Positions 1 through 10,179 are shown, counted from the first letter of the stretch. The stretch: DNA of 64,000 bases from Nitrospirota bacterium (GCA_029858565.1 JAOUEV010000009.1:1-64000), one strand, 5' to 3'. A program made the numbers and translations. Notes: generated by a model not told the origin, from the sequence alone.

Positions 1-1056
1 CGAAGGAAGTTCCCGCCAACGACCGCCCTGGTCACGGGGCAGCGGGTCATCGATTTCCTGTTTCCCCTGGCGCGCGGCGGCGTGGCCATCATCCCCGGCG
101 GGTTCGGCACGGGCAAGACGATCCTGGAACAGTCGGTGGCCAAGTTCGCGGACGTGGACATCGTGGTCTATGTGGGCTGCGGCGAGCGCGGCAATGAAAT
201 GGCCGACCTGATAGCCGAGTTCGAGGAGCTCGAGGACCCCTGGACCAGGCGGCCCCTGACCGAACGAACGGTCCTGGTGGTGAACACGTCGAACATGCCG
301 GTGGCGGCGCGCGAAGCGTCGATCTATACGGCGGTCACCATGGCGGAGTATTACCGCGACATGGGCTACAACGTGCTGTTCCTGGCTGACAGCCTTTCCC
401 GCTGGGCCGAGGCCTTGCGCGAGATATCCACATCGCTCGAGGAGATGCCCGGTGAGGAAGGTTATCCCACCTATCTCGCGTCGCGTCTGTCGGGATTCAT
501 GGAACGTGCGGGTGTTGTTGAGACCCTGTCCGGAAAACAAGGCTCGCTCAGCATGATCCTGTCGGTCTCTCCGCCGGGCGGCGACTTCACCGAGCCGGTC
601 ACGCAGGCCTGCCTGCGTACCACCGGCGCATTCTTCATGCTCGATACGTCGTTGGCCCACCGCAGACATTATCCCGCCATCAACTGGTTCCAGAGCTACT
701 CGCTCTACAGCAAGGACCTGTCGCAGCATTACAGCAGATCAGTAGCTCCGGAATGGGAGGAGCTTCGGAAGCAATGCAGCCGGCTCCTGCAGCAGGAGGA
801 ATCGATACGCGAGGTCGCGGAGATCGTGGGCATCGAAGGGCTCCAGGACGCTGACCGTCTGGTCATGCGGACCGCTGAACGGGTCCGTTCCGAGTTCCTC
901 GGCCAGAACGCCTACAGCGACGACGCGTTCTCACCGCCCGAGAAGACCCTTTCGATCATACGGGAACTCCTGTCGCTGCACGACCAGGTGGCCGAGAAAC
1001 TGAAGGCCGGGATGAAGCTGGATGAAGCCGTAAAGACAGAGACGAGCGACAAGTGA
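1..1056 (+). CDS. atpA: V/A-type ATP synthase subunit A (5' truncated by window edge)
   Basis: Frame open from base 1 (RRKFPP..TGQRVIDFLFP); P-loop GGFGTGKT, VGCGERGNEM, NTSNMPVAAREAS, EEMPGEEGYP. Confidence 0.96.
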   Translation, partial: RRKFPPTTALVTGQRVIDFLFPLARGGVAIIPGGFGTGKTILEQSVAKFADVDIVVYVGCGERGNEMADLIAEFEELEDPWTRRPLTERTVLVVNTSNMPVAAREASIYTAVTMAEYYRDMGYNVLFLADSLSRWAEALREISTSLEEMPGEEGYPTYLASRLSGFMERAGVVETLSGKQGSLSMILSVSPPGGDFTEPVTQACLRTTGAFFMLDTSLAHRRHYPAINWFQSYSLYSKDLSQHYSRSVAPEWEELRKQCSRLLQQEESIREVAEIVGIEGLQDADRLVMRTAERVRSEFLGQNAYSDDAFSPPEKTLSIIRELLSLHDQVAEKLKAGMKLDEAVKTETSDK

Positions 1057-1136
1057 CAAGAGATGAGTAAAGACATGAAGGGTACAATGGTCTGTCTGGT
1101 TATAGCTTGTCTCTCTTCACTCGTCACTTGTCACTG
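1035..1136. repeat. Heptamer tandem/inverted repeat element
   Basis: GACGAGC-GACAAGT-GACAAGA-GATGAGT then inverted CTTGTCT-CTCTTCA-CTCGTCA-CTTGTCA; 17-mer CTCGTCACTTGTCACTG recurs exactly at 40944-40960. Confidence 0.8.
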
Positions 1137-1144
1137 AGGTGCAC

Positions 1145-2473
1145 ATGAGGCTTTCCGAACACACCTATCGCACCATATCCACGATCGCGGGACCGCTGCT
1201 GTTCGTCGAAAAGGTCGACGCGGCGAGGATCGGCGAGGTCGTGCGCGTGACCCTGCCCGACGGCAGGACGACCGACGGCGAGGTGCTTGAGATCGAAGGG
1301 AGCACGGTGCTGCTCGAGGTCTATGGAACGACGCAGGGAATGGACATCGAACGCACCGAGGTGACCTTCACCGACGCGATCAAGAAGGTGCCGCTTTCGA
1401 CGGACATCATCGGCCGGGTGTTCAACGGTTCCTTTGAGCCTGCTGACGGCGCGCCGCTCTATATCCCGGAAAAGTGGATGCCCCTCACCGGCGCGCCGAT
1501 CAATCCCGCGGCCCGCGCCCGGCCTGCCGACTGCATCGAGACCGGGATCACCGCCATCGACGGGTTGAACACCCTGGTCCGCGGCCAGAAACTTCCCATA
1601 TTCTCCTGCGCCGGTCTTCCGTCAAAAGAGGTCGTTGCATTCATCCTTCGGAACGCGCGGCTGGCGCGGGCGGACCGGGGCTTCGTCGTGGTATTTGCAG
1701 CCCTGGGCCTCGCATTCCATGAGTATTCGTTCTATCAGTCCGTGCTCGACGAGATGAAGACCGGGTTCGTGGCATTCGTGAACAAGGCGGACGAGCCGGT
1801 GATGGAACGGCTGCTGGCCCCGCGCTTCGCCCTGACCGTGGCGGAGTATCTTGCGTTCGAGAAGCACATGGACGTGCTCGTGATCATCACGGACATGACG
1901 AACTATTGCGACGCGCTGCGAGAGATCTCCACGGCCCGCGAGGAGCTTCCCGGACGGCGCGGCTACCCCGGCTACATGTATTCGGACCTGGCGTCGCTCT
2001 ACGAGCGGGCCGGACGGATCCGGGACATGGAAGGTTCGGTCACCATGCTGCCGGTGGTGACCATGCCCGAGGATGACATCACGCACCCGATCCCCGACCT
2101 GACCGGGTACATCACGGAAGGTCAGATCGTGCTGGCCCGTGAGCTGCACCAGAAGGGCGTGTTCCCGCCGGTCGATGTGCTGCCGAGCCTGTCGCGCCTG
2201 ATGCAGAAGGGCATTGGTGAAGGACGGACGCGCAAGGACCACCGGAACGTGTCGAACCATCTCTACAAGTATTACGCCAAGGGGCGGGACCTCCGGCGGC
2301 TCGAGGCCATCGTGGGCAGGGACGGCCTGATGAAGGCCGATGTGCTGATGCTCGATTTTGCCGACGCTTTCGAGCGCGAGGTGGTGGGCCAGGCTGATCT
2401 GCGCAGGACCGTGCAGGAAAGCCTGGATACGGGGCTTGACCTGATGAAGCGGTTCGATCTTGAGGTGAAGTAG
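1145..2473 (+). CDS. atpB: V/A-type ATP synthase subunit B
   Basis: TLVRGQKLPIFS, TDMTNYCDALREIS, PGRRGYPGYMYSDLA, DDITHPIPDLTGYITEGQI; GAGGT RBS before ATG 1145. Confidence 0.96.
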   Translation: MRLSEHTYRTISTIAGPLLFVEKVDAARIGEVVRVTLPDGRTTDGEVLEIEGSTVLLEVYGTTQGMDIERTEVTFTDAIKKVPLSTDIIGRVFNGSFEPADGAPLYIPEKWMPLTGAPINPAARARPADCIETGITAIDGLNTLVRGQKLPIFSCAGLPSKEVVAFILRNARLARADRGFVVVFAALGLAFHEYSFYQSVLDEMKTGFVAFVNKADEPVMERLLAPRFALTVAEYLAFEKHMDVLVIITDMTNYCDALREISTAREELPGRRGYPGYMYSDLASLYERAGRIRDMEGSVTMLPVVTMPEDDITHPIPDLTGYITEGQIVLARELHQKGVFPPVDVLPSLSRLMQKGIGEGRTRKDHRNVSNHLYKYYAKGRDLRRLEAIVGRDGLMKADVLMLDFADAFEREVVGQADLRRTVQESLDTGLDLMKRFDLEVK

Positions 2474-2505
2474 GCGGTTTGTCGCCGAAATTACATGATC
2501 GCGAA

Positions 2506-3966
2506 ATGAACACACAAACACAGGAAGACAAGAACATTCTCGCGCAAAGCCGCAACGCCGCGAAGAAGGTCGCAAAAAAAGAAGGAACGGAGAGCTGTTG
2601 CCTTTCCTTTGCGCCTTGGCGTCTTTGCGCGGGATGGTCTTTGATCTGTTTTGTCTTTTTCTGCGGTATCGTCGTCGTGCCGACGGTGATGGCCGAGAGT
2701 CCTCCCGGGAAAGGGAAGGCCGTCGTGGTGAACCTGTTCTGGGGCGTCGGGTGTCCTCACTGTGAAAAGGAAAAGATCTTTCTGCAAAAGCTGCAGAAGA
2801 GATATCCCGGCATGGTGGTAAAAGAGTACGAGGTCTGGAAGAACAAGGAGAACGCCGCGCTGTACAAACGGGTCCTGGAAACAGCGAAGATCAAACAGAC
2901 CGGCGTCCCGGGGACCGTGATCGGCGCGTCGGTCTATCTTGGATTCAGCAAGCAGACGGCTGCAGCGATCGAAGAGGCCGTGATCCGTTGTGAGCGTGAC
3001 GGGTGCGTCGACGGGGTCGCGGAGATTTCGAGCGCGTCCCTTGCAACGGGTGAAAAGGCCGCGGAGCCGATCAAGCTGCCCCTGCTCGGAACAGTTGACC
3101 CTGCAGCGGTCTCCCTGCCGCTGTTCACCGTCGTCATTGCCGGGCTCGATAGTTTCAATCCCTGCGCGTTCTTTGTGCTGCTCTTCCTGCTGAGCCTTCT
3201 GGTCCATGCGCGGTCACGGGGGAAGATGTTCCTGATCGGCGGGATCTTCGTCCTGTTCTCCGGTCTCATCTATTTTCTCTTCATGGCAGCCTGGCTCACG
3301 GTCTTCATGATCATCGGCTCGATCACCGCGATCACGGCCGCCGGCGGTGTGGTCGCCCTGATCGTCGGCGGGATCAATGTGAAGGACTTCTTCCTGTTCA
3401 GGCAGGGGGTGTCACTCTCGATCCCCGAATCGGCAAAACCGAAGCTCTTTGAGCGGATGCGGGGGTTGCTCAGGTCGCAGACCCTTCCTGCGCTCGTGGC
3501 CGGGACCGTGGTCCTGGCGATCGCTGCGAACGCCTATGAGCTTCTCTGTACCGCGGGGTTCCCCATGGTCTATACCCGGGTCCTGACCCTGCACAAGCTC
3601 ACAACGTTCCAGTACTATCAGTACCTTGCATTGTATAACGTCATCTATGTTCTGCCGCTCGGTCTCATCGTGACGGTCATCACCATCACCCTGGGCGCCC
3701 GGAAGCTCAGTGAGTGGCAGGGCCGGCAGCTGAAGCTGCTGTCCGGTCTGATGATGACGGCGCTCGGTGTTGTCCTGATCGTTGATCCCGCGCTCTTGAA
3801 CAATGTTGTCGCGTCTGCTGCGCTGCTTGCGGGGGTTATCGTTGCTGCGGGAGGCATTATATTTATTACCCGGAAATTGAAGCCGGAGATTCAGGATCAT
3901 GAACCTGAACCAAACCGGCCTCTCACGAAGCCACGAAGCCACGAAGTGAAAAAAAATCCGGACTGA
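2506..3966 (+). CDS. Glutaredoxin/thioredoxin-domain (CPHC) multi-pass membrane protein, CcdA/DsbD-like TM region; start uncertain
   Basis: FWGVGCPHC, GVPGT (cis-Pro), then LDSFNPCAF and ELLCTAGFP in hydrophobic helices. Confidence 0.8.
   Translation: MNTQTQEDKNILAQSRNAAKKVAKKEGTESCCLSFAPWRLCAGWSLICFVFFCGIVVVPTVMAESPPGKGKAVVVNLFWGVGCPHCEKEKIFLQKLQKRYPGMVVKEYEVWKNKENAALYKRVLETAKIKQTGVPGTVIGASVYLGFSKQTAAAIEEAVIRCERDGCVDGVAEISSASLATGEKAAEPIKLPLLGTVDPAAVSLPLFTVVIAGLDSFNPCAFFVLLFLLSLLVHARSRGKMFLIGGIFVLFSGLIYFLFMAAWLTVFMIIGSITAITAAGGVVALIVGGINVKDFFLFRQGVSLSIPESAKPKLFERMRGLLRSQTLPALVAGTVVLAIAANAYELLCTAGFPMVYTRVLTLHKLTTFQYYQYLALYNVIYVLPLGLIVTVITITLGARKLSEWQGRQLKLLSGLMMTALGVVLIVDPALLNNVVASAALLAGVIVAAGGIIFITRKLKPEIQDHEPEPNRPLTKPRSHEVKKNPD
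2538..2634. repeat. Octamer tandem/inverted repeat element
   Basis: TCTCGCGCAAAGCCGCAACGCCGCGAAG ... CTTTGCGCCTTGGCGTCTTTGCGCGGGA. Confidence 0.75.
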
Positions 3967-4002
3967 CAGACTTTCTTCGTGCCTTCGTGTCTTCGTGCGA
4001 GA
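3921..4002. repeat. Octamer tandem/inverted repeat element
   Basis: TCTCACGAAGCCACGAAGCCACGAAG ... CTTCGTGCCTTCGTGTCTTCGTGCGAGA; similar copy at 42129-42219. Confidence 0.85.
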
Positions 4003-4042
4003 TAAAGATGCTGATGGTTTTGTCTTGCAGGCGGAGTTATCC

Positions 4043-4675
4043 ATGATGGTCCATCCTACACGCACCAACCTGCTGATGCTGAAGGACAAGCGCAAGTCCG
4101 TTGTCAACAGCATCGGCATCCTGAAGGCGCGGAAGCAGGCGCTGATCAAGGAGTTCCTTGCGGACACGCTGCCGTTCCTCCGTTCACGCGAGGAGATCAG
4201 GAAGACCTATGGCAAGGCGGTGGGAGAACTGGCGGTGTCACAGGGACGGGAAGGGACGGATACGATCGGGTCCATTGCCCTGGCTGCGCAGCGGGATTTC
4301 GGGATCGAGGTGCGCGACAAGAGCATATGGGGTCTTCGGTACAAGGACATCGAATACCATGACGTCCCGGTCCGTACCCCGGACCAGCGGGGCTATTATG
4401 AGCACTCGACAACCCCGCGTCTCATCGAGAGCATTGCCCTGTTCGAGAAACTGCTCGAGAACATGCTCCAGATCGCGGAATATGAGAGCAAGCTCAAGCG
4501 ACTGGGTGAGGAGATCGTCAAGACCACGCGAAGGATCAAGGTCCTGGAGGAACTGGTCCTTCCCGGATTGAAGCAGCAGATCAGGACCATCAGTCAGTAC
4601 ATCGGCGAGCGGGAGCGCGAGGCCTTCTACCGCCTGAAGCGGGTGAAGGGGATGCTGGAGGAGAAGGCGAAATAG
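4043..4675 (+). CDS. atpD: V/A-type ATP synthase subunit D
   Basis: PTRTNLL..LKARKQAL, EIVKTTRRIKVLE, EREREAFYRLK; operon context; GGAG RBS. Confidence 0.92.
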   Translation: MMVHPTRTNLLMLKDKRKSVVNSIGILKARKQALIKEFLADTLPFLRSREEIRKTYGKAVGELAVSQGREGTDTIGSIALAAQRDFGIEVRDKSIWGLRYKDIEYHDVPVRTPDQRGYYEHSTTPRLIESIALFEKLLENMLQIAEYESKLKRLGEEIVKTTRRIKVLEELVLPGLKQQIRTISQYIGEREREAFYRLKRVKGMLEEKAK

Positions 4676-4754
4676 CGACCCCGGTCCTGCTCGGGGACCC
4701 GGGAACAAGCTCAAAGCATCGGGATCCTGGAATGGTCTTGCGCTTTGAACATCG

Positions 4755-5186
4755 TTATTTCAAATTTTCATCCACCAGCTCGAACCACTTCATAACCTTG
4801 CCCTTGCCATGGTCTGCGGCGAACTTCTCTGCCTGGCTCTTATCCTTGAAGGCAAGGATGCCAAATCCCCGGGGTGTTCTCACATCCGTCTTGAACACGA
4901 AGTATGCCGTGCCCACCGGCAGTTCCTCTCCGGACAGGTAATCAACGACCACCGCGTTGCTGTCGAAAAGCATCTGCCGCGAGGCGCATTCTTCGTCCCT
5001 GCTGATGAGCGCGCAGCCGATGTCGTCGTAGGCCCGGTATTCCATGCCTTTTGGAACCACCAGAGAGAACTTTTTTACCTCATCAGAAAGTGTTGCTGCC
5101 GCGCTTTTGCACTCCGCTGCTTCCGCGGCATTGGTAAGAGCGGCCAGGATGAAGCCGATTGCCAGAACACGCAAGAGTCTGCTCAT
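4755..5186 (-). CDS. NosL-family exported protein (divergent)
   Basis: Signal peptide, YDDIGC, AYFV..TPRGFGILAFKDKSQAEKFAADHGKG; GAGGGG RBS. Confidence 0.7.
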   Translation of the reverse strand: MSRLLRVLAIGFILAALTNAAEAAECKSAAATLSDEVKKFSLVVPKGMEYRAYDDIGCALISRDEECASRQMLFDSNAVVVDYLSGEELPVGTAYFVFKTDVRTPRGFGILAFKDKSQAEKFAADHGKGKVMKWFELVDENLK

Positions 5187-5350
5187 GATACCCCCCTCGA
5201 TCAGATAATGGAATAGGACATTATACGTCGGACATGCAGATGAGTCCAGCGAAGAAGTGTCCCGGGACCCCGGTCGATATCGAGGCGACCTGGAACAGTG
5301 ACAGACCCGCTGCTCTCGAGAACACCCATGGCGGTCCGTGGATCGCGAAC

Positions 5351-5384
5351 AAAAAAGGCCGCCGGTCTGCATCCGGCGGCCTTT
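5351..5384 (-). terminator. Rho-independent terminator after CBS gene
   Basis: AAAGGCCGCCGG-7nt-CCGGCGGCCTTT with T-run on minus strand. Confidence 0.75.
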
Positions 5385-5398
5385 GCTGGTTTGGCGGC

Positions 5399-5827
5399 TT
5401 ACTGGTTGATATAGTCCCGGAGATAGTGGATCTCCGCGTGGAGCTTGCCCACATGGGTCTGGATGATGTCGCGGATGGACAGCATACCCACGACCCGGTG
5501 GTTGTCGATCACCGGCAGGTGCCGGATGTTCTTCTCGACCATGGTGGCCATCACGTCGTTCAGGTCGTCATCGGGAACAGCGACCATCAGGTCGGCGACC
5601 ATCACTTCCTTGACCTGGATGTCCTTGAAGCTCTTGCCGCCCGAGGTGATGTAGCTTCTTACCACATCGCGCTCGGTGAAGATCCCCCTGGTCTTGCCCT
5701 CGTCGTTGACCAAGATGGCGCTGATCTTGCGCGCGTGCATCGCCCGGATGGCGTCCTCCACCGAACTGTTGAGATCTATCGATACGGTGTCCTTTCCCTT
5801 GGTTTCAAGCAGGTCGCGTACCTTCAT
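5399..5827 (-). CDS. CBS-pair domain protein
   Basis: GIFTERDVV, IRHLPVID..VVGMLSIRDII. Confidence 0.93.
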   Translation of the reverse strand: MKVRDLLETKGKDTVSIDLNSSVEDAIRAMHARKISAILVNDEGKTRGIFTERDVVRSYITSGGKSFKDIQVKEVMVADLMVAVPDDDLNDVMATMVEKNIRHLPVIDNHRVVGMLSIRDIIQTHVGKLHAEIHYLRDYINQ

Positions 5828-5987
5828 GTTGGCACCCCCGAGAAATTAGGTCTTGTCCGGCCGCTGGATTCGGCCGAGGTCGAATTGACGGTAATTATAG
5901 CATCACGGTGCCGTGATGTAAATACTTTCGGTTGCCGCTGACCGCCGAGCCGGAAGGCTGACGGAGTGAAGCATGTCGATATCGGCT

Positions 5988-7217
5988 CTATATCCTGCCC
6001 GGAGCGTCATGCGGTCCGCCTCCTCCAACGCGTCTCAGAAGGAACAATCCGACGATGAAGAACGACGCGATCGAGAGAATTGCCGGCCGCTGGCTGCCGA
6101 AGGCTGCGGATAGCTGGCCGAAAACGAGCGGACCAAGGACCGCCGAGGATTTTCCCACGAGGGAGTAGACGCCGAAATACTCGGCTTCCTTGCCCGCAGG
6201 GATGAACCGGGTGAAGAACGCCCGCGTGCCCGCCTGGACAGTGCCGAGCCCAAGACCGGCCGTGCAGGCAACGGCCCAGAACGCTTCCTTGCTCTGCGCG
6301 AAGAACGCCGCGACCGCGACCGTTGCCCAGAGCAGCAGGGAGATCGTCACGACCCGACGGGGTCCCCAGGTGTCGGTGGGCTTCGCCAGCGCGAAAGCGC
6401 CGAGAAGCGCCGTGATCTGGACGACCAGGTAGAGGGCGATCAGCTCCCCCTGGCTGAATCCGAAGGTCGTCGCGGCCAGGCTGCTGGAGAAGACGATGAC
6501 CGTGTTCACGCCGTCCTCATAGATAAGATAGGCGATCAGGAACTTCCGCGGTTCCCGACGCTGCCAGATCTCCCTGATGGTCGCCCAGGCCATGCGGGCG
6601 CCGGCAGTGCCCGCATGCAGGATACCTGCATCGCTCCGCCTGTCCGCGGGGAGATACAAAAATGCCGGCAGGGAAAAAAGAGCAAAAAAAACCGCTACCA
6701 TGAGCCAGATCGTTCCGAAGCTGCCGGACCGGGCGAGGGGGAGTGCGATCAGCAGCGACAGGATGGAACCGGCGTACCCTACGCCGAAGCCCCATGACGA
6801 GACCCTGCCCTGGCGGTCAGGCGGCGCGATTTGCGGGAGAAAGGAATTGTAGAATACCAGGCCGCCTTCCATCCCGATGTTCGCCAGAACGATCAGGGCG
6901 AATCCCGAGATCACCGCGCCGGGCGGGAGAAGCGAAAACCCGGCGACGCTCAGTACGCAGAGCGATGTGTATAGGGCGAGCAGCCGCTTCCGCAGTCCTG
7001 CATGATCGGCGATGCCGCCAAGAAAGGGCGACGACAGGGAAACGGTCAGCATGCTGGCCGAGATCGCCGCGCCCCACCAGAGGTCGCCTCTGCCGGCCTC
7101 GTTCCCGACGATGCGGTTGATATAGTAGACCTGGAACACCACTGCCGCAATGACCGCCGAATAGCTCGAGTTCGCGAAATCGAAGAGGCACCAGCTCAGG
7201 ACCAGTTTTTTGTTCAT
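5988..7217 (-). CDS. MFS transporter, UMF1/Atg22-like family
   Basis: SWCLFDFANSSY, FYNSFLP, GRVSSWGFGVGYAG, ~12 hydrophobic segments. Confidence 0.9.
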   Translation of the reverse strand: MNKKLVLSWCLFDFANSSYSAVIAAVVFQVYYINRIVGNEAGRGDLWWGAAISASMLTVSLSSPFLGGIADHAGLRKRLLALYTSLCVLSVAGFSLLPPGAVISGFALIVLANIGMEGGLVFYNSFLPQIAPPDRQGRVSSWGFGVGYAGSILSLLIALPLARSGSFGTIWLMVAVFFALFSLPAFLYLPADRRSDAGILHAGTAGARMAWATIREIWQRREPRKFLIAYLIYEDGVNTVIVFSSSLAATTFGFSQGELIALYLVVQITALLGAFALAKPTDTWGPRRVVTISLLLWATVAVAAFFAQSKEAFWAVACTAGLGLGTVQAGTRAFFTRFIPAGKEAEYFGVYSLVGKSSAVLGPLVFGQLSAAFGSQRPAILSIASFFIVGLFLLRRVGGGGPHDAPGRI

Positions 7218-7397
7218 GGCCGGCATTATGAAGCATGATGAGGACGATTGCAATACCGATTTGCGCCGGTCCCCTGCCGTATCCCGCCGGACACGAAGGC
7301 GCGCTGCTGAAACACTTTGACATTAGCCGGTGCCTATGCTACAAAGGATGCGCAAAGCATATATGCTTGGATTCACCAATCGGGAGGTTTGTTTTTC

Positions 7398-8084
7398 ATG
7401 GATATCCGCCGTGTCCCGCCGGGACTTCTGATCACCGTTCTCGTCGCCTTATTCTGCTGCGCCGATGTCATGGCAGCGGCGTACAAGTACTGTTACGTGG
7501 ATGCCAAGGGGGAGGCGCACTTTGCCGACAAACCCGAACTGGTCCCTGAGCCGTACCGCGCTGCCGCGGTCATCGTCAGCGTGGAGGAGATCGATGAAAA
7601 GGCGCAGGCCGCTGCCGAGGAGGAACGGTCGCGTGCCGCCGCGGCAGTGGTGAGAACGGAGGCCGCCGGCACGGTGGCGGAGGCTCCACGTCCTTCCCTG
7701 GATCAGCTTCCCGATGCCGGCACTGCCCGGCCATTCCAGGTCATGAGCCTGGTGTGGTCCGGCGCGGCCGTTCTGTCCGTATTCGTTATCATGACGGTGC
7801 TCGGCTGGATCGATGTACTGCGGGAACGGGAAAATATCCTGAACGGGATCCGCACAGGACTGTTCGTACTGCTGGCGGTCTATCTCGTCTTCGCCCACGG
7901 CAGGGACGTCATCGGCCTGTTCTCCAAGGTCGGTTCCTCGATCTCGAAAATAGAACAGCAGTCTGCGGAGCGGGGGAAGAAGGCGGCCCAGTTCTACAAG
8001 ACCTTGGAAAATCTCGCGGAGCAGACCGAGAAGATGCAGAAGGATCAGGAATCGCAGATCAAGGAACTGCAGGAACAAAACTGA
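7398..8084 (+). CDS. DUF4124-like membrane protein
   Basis: Signal peptide, YCYVDAKGEAHFADKPELVPEPYR, two TM helices, C-terminal coiled coil; GGGAGG RBS. Confidence 0.7.
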   Translation: MDIRRVPPGLLITVLVALFCCADVMAAAYKYCYVDAKGEAHFADKPELVPEPYRAAAVIVSVEEIDEKAQAAAEEERSRAAAAVVRTEAAGTVAEAPRPSLDQLPDAGTARPFQVMSLVWSGAAVLSVFVIMTVLGWIDVLRERENILNGIRTGLFVLLAVYLVFAHGRDVIGLFSKVGSSISKIEQQSAERGKKAAQFYKTLENLAEQTEKMQKDQESQIKELQEQN

Positions 8085-8247
8085 TCGGGAAACGCGGAAG
8101 TGCAGCCGCGATCGTCCGGCCGGTACCGCCGAGTTTCAGGGAAGATTGCAGGAAGGACGCTCATGCCGCGGGCCGGTTGCCGCAGAGGACAGGAAAACGC
8201 TCTCAGGGCCGCTCCTGGGGGTTTTTCTTTTCTCAGGAAGGCGGCTT

Positions 8248-8472
8248 TCAGCGGACCATCAATTGCTTTGCCAGTGCTTCGCCAGCATCATAGTGCCCTT
8301 GATTCCCCTGAAGACTCGCGGCAAAGTCGGATTTGAACGTGGCGGAGATGAGGACCTCGCCGGTGGCCACATTGATCATGCGTCCCTGCGTGCTCGCGCA
8401 GCCCGGGAGCGAAAGCAGGTCCAGGACGCCGGCGGAGAGAACGAGGGGTATCCGATGGCGTATCGTCGGCAT
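8248..8472 (-). CDS. Small hypothetical lipoprotein-like ORF or gene remnant
   Basis: Starts just after bioA stop; LPGC lipobox-like then RMINVATGEVL. Confidence 0.35.
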   Translation of the reverse strand: MPTIRHRIPLVLSAGVLDLLSLPGCASTQGRMINVATGEVLISATFKSDFAASLQGNQGHYDAGEALAKQLMVR

Positions 8473-8480
8473 CTCCGGGC

Positions 8481-9935
8481 TTACTTCTTCTTGTGCGGGG
8501 TTGTTTTGGCCGGGCTTGCGGGAGCCAGCACACCGCTGCCGGTGACGACCTTGACGCTCTCAATCACAATGTTCACGAGCTTCTGGAGCTCCGCCGGAGA
8601 GATCGAGAGCGGCGGCATGATGACAATGACATTGCCCAACGGCCGGATGATAAGGCCCCGCTTGCGCGCTTCGAAGGCCACCCGGGCTCCGATCGCATCC
8701 GCGAGGGGATAGGGTTCCCTGGTTGCCCGGTTGCGTACGAGCTCGATGCCCACCATGAACCCTCGTTGCCGGATCTCTCCGACGTGCTCGAACTTCTTCA
8801 TGACCTCCAGCGCCTTGGAGAGCAGCTTGATCTTGGGCTGGAGCTTCTGGAGCGTCTTTTCCTTCTTGAAAAGCTCGATGTTCGCCGATGCGGCTGCGCA
8901 GGCCAGAGGATTTCCGGTATAGGTATGGCCGTGGAAGAAGGTCTTGAGGTCCCGGTATTCGCCCAGAAATGCCTGATAGATCTCCTCGGTCGTGAGCGTG
9001 GCCGCGAGGGGGAGATACCCCCCGGTGAGACCTTTGGCTACGGCCATGATGTCCGGTGAGACCTTTTCCTGCTCGCACGCAAAGAGCGTACCGGTCCTTC
9101 CAAAGCCGGTCGCCACTTCATCGGCGATCAGCAATACATTGTTGTCCATGCAGATCTGGCGGATGCGCTTCAGATAGCCCGGAGGCTGGAGCAGCATGCC
9201 CGCGGCGCCCTGGATGAGCGGCTCAATGATGAGAGCGGCTGAAACCGAGGCGTATTTCTGGATCGTCCGCTCGGCGTGCATCAGGCAGGTCATCTGGCAC
9301 TCCGGGTAGGCCAGACCGTATTTGCAGCGGTAGCAGTAGGGTGTCTCGATCTTGTAGCTCTTGAACAGCAGGGGACGATAGAGGTTGTGAAAGAGGTCGA
9401 TGCCCCCGACGCTGACCGAACCGATCGTATCGCCGTGGTATGCTTCGGTTAGTGAAATAAAACCGGTCTTGTTCTGGAAGCCGGGGCCTTTCTGCTGCCA
9501 GTACTGAAAGGCGATCTTAAGCGCGATCTCGACCGCGGTCGAACCGCTGTCGGAATAGAACACCTTGGTCAGGCCGTTCGGCGCCACGGAGAGCAGCTTT
9601 TCCGCGAGCTGGACCGAGGGAACGTTGGAGAGGCCGAGGAGCGTGGAGTGAGCTACTTTGCCCAGCTGGACCGTTATGGCCTTGTCGATCTCCCGTTTTC
9701 TGTGGCCATGGACATTGACCCAAAGCGACGAGGTTCCGTCAAGATAGGTTTTCCTCCGCGTATCGACGAGCGTTGAACCCTTGCCGGACTCGATGATGAT
9801 CTGGGGATCTTTCCGCCAGTCCGCCATCTGGGTAAAAGGGTGCCAGATATGCTGCTTATCGAGCTGTTCCAGCATATCCGCGTGGGTCAGCTTCTTCTTT
9901 TTCGGGCTTTTTGCGGACGCCGTTTTCTTCGCCAT
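8481..9935 (-). CDS. bioA: Adenosylmethionine-8-amino-7-oxononanoate aminotransferase
   Basis: IWHPFTQM, SSLWVNVHGH, LIADEVATGFGRTG, AKGLTGGYLPL, FFHGHTYTGNP. Confidence 0.95.
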   Translation of the reverse strand: MAKKTASAKSPKKKKLTHADMLEQLDKQHIWHPFTQMADWRKDPQIIIESGKGSTLVDTRRKTYLDGTSSLWVNVHGHRKREIDKAITVQLGKVAHSTLLGLSNVPSVQLAEKLLSVAPNGLTKVFYSDSGSTAVEIALKIAFQYWQQKGPGFQNKTGFISLTEAYHGDTIGSVSVGGIDLFHNLYRPLLFKSYKIETPYCYRCKYGLAYPECQMTCLMHAERTIQKYASVSAALIIEPLIQGAAGMLLQPPGYLKRIRQICMDNNVLLIADEVATGFGRTGTLFACEQEKVSPDIMAVAKGLTGGYLPLAATLTTEEIYQAFLGEYRDLKTFFHGHTYTGNPLACAAASANIELFKKEKTLQKLQPKIKLLSKALEVMKKFEHVGEIRQRGFMVGIELVRNRATREPYPLADAIGARVAFEARKRGLIIRPLGNVIVIMPPLSISPAELQKLVNIVIESVKVVTGSGVLAPASPAKTTPHKKK

Positions 9936-10179
9936 GGTCCTGAACCTCGCATATTCCTGCATGATATTGAAGTATTATAGTGGATTCGCCCCGAGTGTCA
10001 ATCAAAAACAGGACGTTTTTACCTGTTGTTAACGTTTTTCCCGGTCCCGAAAAAGGTACTGACGCGCGTCACCGGGGATGGTCTGACAAAAAGAGCTTGA
10101 AAATATTCAATTCTTTTTGGTAGTATAACCTGTTATTGTGCCGTTACCAGTAGGGCAGCTGTTTCAGGAGGGCCGGTTC

